DNA of 64,000 bases, taken from the IMG/VR virus record IMGVR_UViG_3300032332_000934, positions 1-64,000 of that record; one strand, 5' to 3'. The DNA comes from a virus (Duplodnaviria; Caudoviricetes). The translations under genes and the position numbers were made by a program. The notes under the pieces were generated by a model that had not been told where the DNA came from, did not search any database, and saw only the letters and a list, made by a program, of their open reading frames with translations. Positions 19,745 to 27,372 of this stretch are shown here, one piece after another (within the stretch, counting starts at the first letter, position 1; each line of letters starts with the position of its first letter).

Positions 19745-19942
19745 AGATCTAACACTGGCTGCAGATATGCAGCTGGCCCGTATATCTGAGGGGTTATCCA
19801 CAGGGTTACGACTGCCTGTGGATATCCCTGGATTTTTGTGATAATGATCACATCTCATAATTCGGACATATTGTGTTTAATCCTAGACAATGTCAGTGGC
19901 AGATGTTATACTTATGACTAATCAAACGAAAGGTAAAAAAAT

Positions 19943-20950
19943 ATGGCTCACAATCTCGAAATGGAAAACGGCGAAGTTGCTTTCGCTCTCCGTGGCGCAC
20001 CTGCATGGCACAACCTTGCAAATCGCATCTTTACACAAGATGAAGATGTTACAACTCAAATGATGTTAGATGAGGCAAAACTTTCCAACTGGAATGTTCG
20101 TCTGTCTCCACTGACTGACCACATCTCAGATACATGGAACGATGTATCTAACGCATCTCTTGTCATTCGTGACAACCCATTCAACAAGGGCACTGATGTT
20201 CTTGCAACTGTTGGAAAGCGTTACAAGCCAGTGCAGAATGAAGAATTATTCGCATTCGCAGATGCAATTCATGATGCAAACGCAGATTGCCGTTGGGAAT
20301 CTGCTGGCTCATTGCGTAGTGGTAAGGTTGTATTCGGTACAGTGGATATTCCTCGCACAATGGTTCTTGACCCACAAGGCGCTAACGATGAAACTAAACT
20401 CTATTTAATTGTATGGACATCACACGATGGCTCAGTAGCGGTTCAAGCAGCCGTTACACCTGTTCGTGTTGTATGCCAAAACACATTGAACCTTGCAATG
20501 CGTAACGCTAAGCAATCATTCAAGATTCGTCACACGCAATCTGTTGAAGGTCGAATTCAAGTTGCTCGTGAAACTCTTGGGCTTGCTCTTGGGTACTTTG
20601 ATGAATTCGAGAAAGAAGCGCAAGCGCTTTATTCTCAGTCAATTACTGATGCTGAATTCTCTAAGTTGATTCAGACAATTTATCCTAAGCCTGCTGACGA
20701 TGCAGCAAAAGTTGCGCTAACAAAGTGGGAGAACAAAGTCGTTCTGCTTGATTCTTTGTATCATAACTCACCAACTAACGCTAATATCAAGGGAACAAAG
20801 TGGGGTGCATTTAATGCACTAACTGAGCGCCTAGATTATTATCGTTCAGGGCGTGGAAATTCTGAAACACTTATGGCTGGTGCATCAGGGTTCGACCCAA
20901 TTCTAACTGCTGAGAAAAACAAAATCAAGAAATTGGTTTCTGCTTTCTAA
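19943..20950 (+). CDS. DUF932 family (phage/plasmid LGT-type) protein
   Basis: MAHNLE...AWH.L, YKPVQNEE.F, SHDGS and TPVRVVCQNTL motifs. Confidence 0.85.
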   Translation: MAHNLEMENGEVAFALRGAPAWHNLANRIFTQDEDVTTQMMLDEAKLSNWNVRLSPLTDHISDTWNDVSNASLVIRDNPFNKGTDVLATVGKRYKPVQNEELFAFADAIHDANADCRWESAGSLRSGKVVFGTVDIPRTMVLDPQGANDETKLYLIVWTSHDGSVAVQAAVTPVRVVCQNTLNLAMRNAKQSFKIRHTQSVEGRIQVARETLGLALGYFDEFEKEAQALYSQSITDAEFSKLIQTIYPKPADDAAKVALTKWENKVVLLDSLYHNSPTNANIKGTKWGAFNALTERLDYYRSGRGNSETLMAGASGFDPILTAEKNKIKKLVSAF

Positions 20951-20957
20951 ATAAATA

Positions 20958-20984
20958 ATTCCTGAGCATGAATAAAAACTGCTC
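20958..20984 (+). ncRNA. Putative H-type pseudoknot element, copy 2
   Basis: ATTC-CTGAGCAT-GAAT-AAAAAC-TGCTC; spacing identical to copy 1. Confidence 0.55.
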
Positions 20985-20996
20985 ACATTTTTTCTT

Positions 20997-21070
20997 GGTC
21001 CATTAGCTCAGTTGGTTAGAGCGCTACCCTGTCACGGTAGAGGTCGACAGTTCAAGTCTGTTATGGATCG
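20997..21070 (+). tRNA. tRNA-Asp(GUC)
   Basis: Acceptor GGTCCAT/ATGGATC-G; anticodon arm CTACC-CTGTCAC-GGTAG. Confidence 0.9.
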
Positions 21071-21174
21071 CTAAGTGCCCTCAATGCTAAGGGGGCAAAA
21101 AATGTGTTACGACTCACATAAAATTTCCCTGGAATCTATTGATAATGTCAGTGGGTTCGTGTATAATTCTCTTC

Positions 21175-21837
21175 ATGACCAACGAACTAGTATCAAGTAA
21201 GTATACCTTTGTCTGTGACCCAGACGAATGCGATTGTCTGATAGAACTAACATCATCTGATGGATTTGGCTTTCCTTCAGGTGTGACAGAACTCACATGC
21301 CCGTGTGGCCGAAAGACCACATTAGTGTCAGTGGAGCATGCTACAATTACACCAACAACAACGAAAGAGGAAAAAATGGAAGAAACAACTGTAGGAACTA
21401 TTAACGACCTGCTTACACCTTACAACCCTGATATGTTAGTAACATACAAAAAGATTAGTGGTTATTCTGATACAGAATTCCTTACTGATAAGGTTCGCAA
21501 CATTGAATGGGAACTCCACAACGCTAGAACTAATTCTAAAGCGGTATCTGCAATTCAGAATAAGATTAGTTTAGTTAAGGATATTATTACTGAGGCATAT
21601 GCTGATTCAGATGACCAAGATACATTGCGCGAGATTGCCGAAGCACTTGAGATTGAACTTACACGTGAAGTTGAATGGTCTGCAACAATTGAGGTTAGCG
21701 GAACATTAACAATTGATTTGCTTGAAAGCACAGTTGATGATGTCGAACAAGAAATCTACGACAATCTTTATGTTGATTCACAAAACGGTCAGATTGAAAT
21801 TGTTGACACCGAAGTATGTAATGTGCGTGAGAACTAA
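21175..21837 (+). CDS. Hypothetical protein with Cys-rich N-terminal extension; nested in-frame start at 21376
   Basis: Leaderless ATG 7 nt after the -10 hexamer; a second promoter and RBS lie inside the ORF. Confidence 0.7.
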   Translation: MTNELVSSKYTFVCDPDECDCLIELTSSDGFGFPSGVTELTCPCGRKTTLVSVEHATITPTTTKEEKMEETTVGTINDLLTPYNPDMLVTYKKISGYSDTEFLTDKVRNIEWELHNARTNSKAVSAIQNKISLVKDIITEAYADSDDQDTLREIAEALEIELTREVEWSATIEVSGTLTIDLLESTVDDVEQEIYDNLYVDSQNGQIEIVDTEVCNVREN

Positions 21838-22040
21838 TGTACTTTGAACTTACCGCTCCTGATATGCTCTCTATGCAGAGAGCGTATTGGGATGCAGAGA
21901 TAACGGGACTTGACCCACAAGCAATGTCTGCGTTGACATTCAACATCGGAACTGGTAGTATTGAGAAAGTAAGTAGGCTTAGAGATAAGTACAACTTAAC
22001 TGAATCTTATGTATCAGACCACGAAACCACAGGTTATTAA
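21837..22040 (+). CDS. Hypothetical protein
   Basis: TAATG coupling. Confidence 0.65.
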   Translation: MYFELTAPDMLSMQRAYWDAEITGLDPQAMSALTFNIGTGSIEKVSRLRDKYNLTESYVSDHETTGY

Positions 22041-22192
22041 GGAGAGATTATGTCAGAGTATAAAGATGGTTGGGCAGATGGTTACAAGTTTGCTCGTGAT
22101 GAAATCATGGAAAAGTTATCAGAGATTGATATTAATGATATTGATTCTTGGATTCTTGACCGTCTATCTGAGATGATCGAAGGTGGCAAACT

Positions 22193-22384
22193 GTGATGGC
22201 TGAATGGCTTAAGTGTGACCAGTGTGCAGCTCAGGCTATGTGGGAAGCAAAAAAAGATAACGCATCTCTTTTCTTTTGCGGTCACCATAAAAATAAACAG
22301 GGCGAGTCTCTTGTGGACTGGGCCCATGAAATGGTACAATTACTCAAGTACGAAGAAAATCAACTACTAACGAAAGCAGAATAA
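22193..22384 (+). CDS. Zn-finger-like protein (CDQC...FCGHH)
   Basis: Actinobacterial/actinophage-type CDxC..FCxHH motif. Confidence 0.65.
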   Translation: MMAEWLKCDQCAAQAMWEAKKDNASLFFCGHHKNKQGESLVDWAHEMVQLLKYEENQLLTKAE

Positions 22385-22385
22385 A

Positions 22386-22751
22386 ATGGGCGATAGAGCA
22401 AACTTTGGATTCAGAGATTCCAAGGAGAACGTAGTATTTCTATATGGGCACTGGGCTGGACATAACATGCTAGCCAAGTTGGCCAATGCTGTGCAGGCTG
22501 CAGAGCCACGCTGGCAGGATGAATCATATGCAACACGCATTGCTATATCTAATCTAATTGGAGAAGACTGGACTCAGACAACAGGCTGGGGAATTTATGT
22601 TAACCAATTAGGGGACAACGAACACAAGGTACCTGTAATTGACTGGACCAACGAAACGTTTACATTGTACGAAGAGGACCTGAGCACGGTAGTGTTTACA
22701 TCATCCTTGGCGTCATTTGTGGACAAATACAGTCGACTAGTTATGGTATAA
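22386..22751 (+). CDS. Conserved actinophage hypothetical protein (MGDRAN...LYGHWAG)
   Basis: ORF track and RBS. Confidence 0.75.
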   Translation: MGDRANFGFRDSKENVVFLYGHWAGHNMLAKLANAVQAAEPRWQDESYATRIAISNLIGEDWTQTTGWGIYVNQLGDNEHKVPVIDWTNETFTLYEEDLSTVVFTSSLASFVDKYSRLVMV

Positions 22752-22876
22752 TTAGACCTAGGACATTAATCCTGGTTTTAATATAGAAATGAAATGGTGC
22801 GTCTATTTAGTCTTTATGGCCAGGCGCTAAGTAAAGCGGTTTATTTCTTTCGTTGGAAATCAGCAGCCATATTCAT

Positions 22877-22908
22877 ACCCCCCAGCTTTTAGCTGGGGGT
22901 TTCTTTTT
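22877..22908 (+). terminator. Intrinsic terminator
   Basis: CCCCCAGC-tttta-GCTGGGGG followed by TTTCTTTTT. Confidence 0.8.
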
Positions 22909-23084
22909 GCCCGCAAAGACTTGAGGGTAGCATATTGTCTTTACGACTGTCAAATACATTTCCCAGGATTTGGTGTGATGTTGATCACATTCCACATAAA
23001 ATGTGGCGGGGATCACAAAGCTTTTCTATTCCATTTGTCAGTGGTCCATTGTATAATTGGAACATATCAACGAAAGGATATAAA

Positions 23085-23822
23085 ATGCCAAATTGGGTAT
23101 ATAACGGATTAACTATTGAAGGTAATCCTGAGCAAGTAAAATCTCTAATCAAGCAGATGAATAAGCCATTTGTTTATTCTATTACTGCAGTAGGTGATTT
23201 GTCATATGATGTTAAGCAGACTAAGTATGTTAATCCTATCTTTGCTTTTCATAATATCTATAACTATAGAGATGCTGGTATTACTGATGAGGTATATCAT
23301 GGACAACCTCCTCGTTCCACCGACCAAGATTGGTTTAAGTTTGATACCAATGACTGGTATAACTTTAATGTCCGTGAGTGGGGCACCAAATGGGATGTAG
23401 CCGTAGCCGAGGATAATAAGTATCCTGATACAACTATTGAGGAAGCAGAAAATGGCGAGAACTATGTAGTTCACTATAACTTTAATACTGCTTGGTCTCG
23501 TCCAATGAATGCTTTAATTAAACTATCATCTCAATATCCAACATTACTATTTACTTTATCATATGAAGAAGAAACAGGCTGGGGTGGGGAATGTGAATTC
23601 CTTCGTGGAGAAGTTATCTCAGAATCAGAATACGAGAACCAATGCCGTGACTGTGATGCCACAGATTGCATGGAGTATTGTGAGGAAGAAGACTGTGGAG
23701 AAATTTGTAATGTATGCCATTGGCTAGGAGAGGCTGACCTAGAGGCTGTGGCTAAATGTCAGACCCATAAGATATACTTAGACACTAAAGTACCCGAATA
23801 TAGAAAGGTGGGAACCAAATGA
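23085..23822 (+). CDS. DUF1281/YubB-like ferredoxin-fold protein with Cys-rich tail
   Basis: MPNWVYNGLTI, WYNFNVREWGTKWD and FNTAWS.P motifs; start corrected to ATG at 23085. Confidence 0.8.
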   Translation: MPNWVYNGLTIEGNPEQVKSLIKQMNKPFVYSITAVGDLSYDVKQTKYVNPIFAFHNIYNYRDAGITDEVYHGQPPRSTDQDWFKFDTNDWYNFNVREWGTKWDVAVAEDNKYPDTTIEEAENGENYVVHYNFNTAWSRPMNALIKLSSQYPTLLFTLSYEEETGWGGECEFLRGEVISESEYENQCRDCDATDCMEYCEEEDCGEICNVCHWLGEADLEAVAKCQTHKIYLDTKVPEYRKVGTK

Positions 23823-24049
23823 GTTTTCTAGAGAATGAAAACCAAATGGTAATAGACGCAACATATCAAGAGATTGGAGAAATGCTAGTCGAAGACTGGG
23901 TTAACTCCAATTTAGATGAAGGCCAACTGTTTGCAGATTATAGATTTGCAGAAATGGCAGATAACAATTACTTAAAGGGTAGATTTAATCAGTTTTATGA
24001 TTTGAAACCAGGTGACCAGTATTATCTAGAATGGGATGAGGAGAAGTAA
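23819..24049 (+). CDS. Acidic hypothetical protein
   Basis: ATGA overlap. Confidence 0.65.
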   Translation: MSFLENENQMVIDATYQEIGEMLVEDWVNSNLDEGQLFADYRFAEMADNNYLKGRFNQFYDLKPGDQYYLEWDEEK

Positions 24050-24211
24050 TGTTAGGTTATGACTTAGAGGATTTAAATATAATGATCGATTCATTAGAAG
24101 AAGTTATTCAGATTGAAGAATCTTCTCAGACCCCTTCAATTTCTGATAGAAATCTAGGCGGACTTAAAACAAGTTTATCGTTCTTACAAGGACTATGGGC
24201 AGAGGGCTATT

Positions 24212-24430
24212 TTGACTAAGTCATCAGCATTCCTAGAATATATGAAGATACATCTAATTAGTCTTAACCAGGACTTAGAGGAATGTATGTATATATGGAG
24301 AACAGATAGAGATAATCATGATAGTTCTAAGATAGATTATTTAAATGGACAAATTGTTGCAACCAGGCATTTATTGTCAGTGGCTACTGATATAATGAAT
24401 AACTCTAACGAAAGGTATAACAATGAATAA
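24212..24430 (+). CDS. Hypothetical protein
   Basis: ORF track; its 3' end contains a TGTCAG promoter. Confidence 0.55.
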   Translation: MTKSSAFLEYMKIHLISLNQDLEECMYIWRTDRDNHDSSKIDYLNGQIVATRHLLSVATDIMNNSNERYNNE

Positions 24431-24695
24431 TGAAGACATTGGGCTCCCGCCCCATTTGCAACGTTTGGTTAATGCAGGTGTTAGTGGATTAGATATAATG
24501 CACGGTGAACTAAAGAATCTAATGCTAATTGCCGAGCAGGAACTAGCAGACGCAATCGAACGGGAAGAAGAATCAGAAGAAGCAATGGACTCTATGGTCC
24601 GTACAGAATGCGAAGGTGCACTAGACACCTTGGTAGCCCTATATGAACTAACATACCAACTCTCATTTGCGATTGGAGCACGTGGTGAAGCCTGA
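24423..24695 (+). CDS. Hypothetical protein
   Basis: Promoter and AACGAAAGG RBS. Confidence 0.7.
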   Translation: MNNEDIGLPPHLQRLVNAGVSGLDIMHGELKNLMLIAEQELADAIEREEESEEAMDSMVRTECEGALDTLVALYELTYQLSFAIGARGEA

Positions 24696-24999
24696 AGATA
24701 AAGATAAACTAAACAAGTGTTTAGAAATTCTAGATGACACAGACTTAGGTCTATCATTAGTTTGGCTATGGACATGGTCGACAATTAATAATATACTAGA
24801 GGATGAGACCTATAAGGCTAACGCTAGCAAAGACGACATGTGGAATCACCTGTGTGAGGCTGTAGAGGCTGGAATGGGCTTCTCCCTAGAATACGGTGCA
24901 GACCAACATCATGAAGACGTACAAGACTGGATGTTAAGCAGAGACTACATTGTAGACACAATGTTTGAAGAAGAGGAGGACGAAGATGAAGATGAGTGA
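24667..24999 (+). CDS. Acidic-tailed hypothetical protein
   Basis: ORF track; true start probably a GTG near 24685. Confidence 0.65.
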   Translation: MRLEHVVKPEDKDKLNKCLEILDDTDLGLSLVWLWTWSTINNILEDETYKANASKDDMWNHLCEAVEAGMGFSLEYGADQHHEDVQDWMLSRDYIVDTMFEEEEDEDEDE

Positions 25000-25125
25000 C
25001 AAGTATCTAAACGATCAACTTAGTACAGCCCAAAAGCTTTTGTGGGGTGGGTCCGAAACAGAAAACATCGAGGCACATAACATCATTGCTAAACTAATTC
25101 AAGATAAGGTAGAACAGGTGGAACT

Positions 25126-25311
25126 ATGAGAAAAGACTATAAGATTTACGGTGACCGTATGCAGGAGTTTTACGTAACCGTTAGCGCAGAGTCACACGAC
25201 CTTGCGTGGGAAGCAGCCAAGCAAATCCCTGCAGAGGGTTGGACTGAAATCCCAACTGATGACATGATTGACCCATACAACGCAGTAGAAGTAGAACTTA
25301 CAATTAAATAA
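25126..25311 (+). CDS. Hypothetical protein (VxAESxxxA family)
   Basis: ORF track; resembles small ORFs starting near 17497 and at 45050. Confidence 0.6.
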   Translation: MRKDYKIYGDRMQEFYVTVSAESHDLAWEAAKQIPAEGWTEIPTDDMIDPYNAVEVELTIK

Positions 25312-25460
25312 AGATAGGTTGAGCCGTTATGGACAATTCGGACATAACGGTCTTCAATCTAAGGGCACGGGCAAAAATATTGCTTTACGTACCCTATTTA
25401 CAAATCCCCGAAATTCGGATATAATATATATAACAACTCGATCTAGAAAGGATCAAACAA

Positions 25461-25613
25461 ATGACATCAACACCAACAACAACTCGTGAATATCTAAAGG
25501 CCCAGGGAATTTCTGTGGGCAAGCGTGGCCGCTTCTCAGCTGCAGCTCTAGGAGCTATCAGCAAGGCAGCACAATCAGGCGTGGTCTTCTCAGACACAAA
25601 GAACGTCAAGTAA
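25461..25613 (+). CDS. Stand-alone Lsr2-like DNA-binding domain protein (50 aa)
   Basis: Missed by the ORF track. MTSTPTTTREYLKAQGISVGKRGRFSAAALGAI matches the Lsr2 C-terminal RExxxxxGxxVxxRGR AT-hook pattern; GAAAGGA RBS; downstream hairpin. Confidence 0.75.
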   Translation: MTSTPTTTREYLKAQGISVGKRGRFSAAALGAISKAAQSGVVFSDTKNVK

Positions 25614-25623
25614 TAACTAACTG

Positions 25624-25655
25624 TGGGGACCTTCCTCTTCGGAGGCAGGTCCCCC
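25624..25655 (+). terminator. Hairpin with TTCG tetraloop
   Basis: GGGGACCTtCCTC-TTCG-GAGGcAGGTCCCC. Confidence 0.65.
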
Positions 25656-25712
25656 TTCATTTACAAATGTCAGTGCCCAATGGTATAATCAAAACGAAAG
25701 AGGTGGAACTTA

Positions 25713-26057
25713 ATGGCTAAAGCGAACGAATTCAAAGCAGCAGAAAAATTAACAGACTATCTAAATAATGCTAACTTCTCACCTGCCGTAATGGCAAATG
25801 TATTAACAACTGAACATACCTTATACACCCAAGACAGGCTAATGGAACTAGTTAGATATATCATTCAATACAATTCCCTTAGATTAAAGTCAGAATGGGA
25901 TAAAGGATACACATCCGAAGGATTGCTTTTAGCAGATGCGCTCAATGACATCCTCGAAGCAAAATACGGGGCGGTAGATAGAAACCTAACAATAGACTCC
26001 TTGAAAGAAACAAGAGTAAGAGATAGTAAATATATAATGGACTTAGATTCATTCTAA
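25713..26057 (+). CDS. Hypothetical protein, last ORF of the + strand island
   Basis: Promoter and RBS. Confidence 0.75.
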   Translation: MAKANEFKAAEKLTDYLNNANFSPAVMANVLTTEHTLYTQDRLMELVRYIIQYNSLRLKSEWDKGYTSEGLLLADALNDILEAKYGAVDRNLTIDSLKETRVRDSKYIMDLDSF

Positions 26058-26465
26058 GATAACTTCCCCTATGGGGCATATGGCTTTAATTAGCTGTATG
26101 TCCCATTTTTGTATGCCCATCTTATGGGCCAAATTTCTTCTTTACGATCACATATAAAAAACCCTGGAAAATGTATAATAAATCTAATATAATCTGTCAA
26201 AATGTGCATAGAATATCTCATTATATGAGACAAATAATGCAGAATCTGACAGAATTTTTTGCCATATATATGGGCCAAAATTGCTCTTTACGAACAAATA
26301 AAAAAATTTCCTGGAATTTTATATGAAAGCTATTGACAAATATTGGCCAATATGCTTTATATGGGGCCTGTTGACATTACGTCCCATCATATGATATGCT
26401 CAATTACATAGCTATATTCAGATAGTTATAATGATAGTATTTGGATCTAAATTGATAGTATGATT

Positions 26466-26491
26466 CTCCACAATACTCCACTTTACTCCAC
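26466..26491 (-). promoter_or_regulatory. MraZ-box-like triple direct repeat, GTGGAG-N4
   Basis: CTCCAC at 26466, 26476 and 26486 (10-bp period). Confidence 0.55.
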
Positions 26492-26902
26492 TATATAAAG
26501 CCCTACAAGGGCTATTATAGAGGAGATAAATGGGAGGGGGATATAGGAGTTAGGAGCTAATTTATTGCAATTTGCTCTTATTCTTAGATGGTCTTCTAGA
26601 CCAATCTGGAGCTTTATTTGCATTAGTTCCTCTAGATGTAGACTCTATTAGGGCTTTATTCTTATCTAATGCTTCTTGGGCATATTGAAGCTGTTGATCC
26701 CAATTGAACTTCCGTTTTTTTGCCATATCTATATTATACTATATTAGTATAATTCTAGTCAACCATTATCTTACTGAGCATTCCAGACACACAAATGGGT
26801 CATCATTAGCCTTATAAAATAGGATCTTACATTCGCTACATGCTACCTTATATGGCTCATAGCCCTTGACATACTTTTCATAGGATGATTGAAACTTATT
26901 CA

Positions 26903-27169
26903 TTAAATGCAAGCCAAACAGTAATACGGAGCACGAAGGTTATCCCGATGGGTATATATAGTCTGAGAGCATTTATGACATTTTGCATGAACCATAGGGC
27001 CTTCTTCTTTAATTGGTATTTGTACAGTAAATGTCTTTGTGTAATATACCTTAGCTAAGTACCATGTAATAGCTATTAGTAGTAGTTCTATCATCAGTTC
27101 CCGCCTTTCAACAATTGTGAGTACATCCACAATCTGGACACTCTTCACCTCCAGCAGCATTACAGTCAT
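26903..27169 (-). CDS. Membrane-anchored Zn-ribbon protein
   Basis: Likely start MIELLLI; CHKC...CLAC. Confidence 0.55.
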   Translation of the reverse strand: MTVMLLEVKSVQIVDVLTIVERRELMIELLLIAITWYLAKVYYTKTFTVQIPIKEEGPMVHAKCHKCSQTIYTHRDNLRAPYYCLACI

Positions 27170-27372
27170 CGCACCAATCTGGTGGATTTTGCTTATATCC
27201 TGGGACTTTTACTTCAGTCATTCAAAATCTCTCTGTCTTTCAAAGTCCGAATTGTCTACATTTGTAGGATTCGGCATATCATCATCCATGGCCCCACAAT
27301 TAGAGCATGTTACTTGACCATCAAGGTCTAGTTGATAGTCACATCCATATTTAGTGCATATTGCATCGTTCA

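Larger units (their letters stand above)
15755..19825. promoter_or_regulatory. Four paired DnaA-box modules
   Basis: TTATCCACA at 15755, 16600, 16621, 17991, 18012 and 19794; inverted partners TGTGGAAAA at 15778 and TGTGGATAT at 19817. Confidence 0.85.
14751..22989. promoter_or_regulatory. Eight perfect CRP/GlxR-type sites, TGTGA-N6-TCACA
   Basis: Starts at 14751, 15038, 15799, 16662, 18034, 19837, 21282 and 22974; one-mismatch copies at 18597, 21103 and 23002. Confidence 0.8.
14805..25689 (+). promoter_or_regulatory. Thirteen promoters of the form TGTCAG-N10-(-10 hexamer TAYAAT/TATACT/TATGCT)
   Basis: -10 hexamers start at 14821, 15098, 15880, 16742, 18099, 18667, 18926, 19907, 21162, 21342, 23052, 24391 and 25684; most are followed by an A/C-rich leader and an AACGAAAG(G) RBS. 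Confidence 0.9.

Noticed and set aside
15737-19852. Repeated intergenic modules as a CRISPR array or integron attC cassettes
   Set aside because: Copies are 0.8-1.8 kb apart and degenerate; no repeat-spacer periodicity, no GTTRRRY/RYYYAAC ends and no integrase in the window.
22935-23084. Long N-terminal extension of the DUF1281-like ORF given by the track
   Set aside because: It spans CRP sites and the promoter, has no RBS, and the family starts at MPNW (23085).
14693-25345. GGACA-N4-GGACA direct repeat at about 14694 and 25331
   Set aside because: Only two full copies; too short to support a call.
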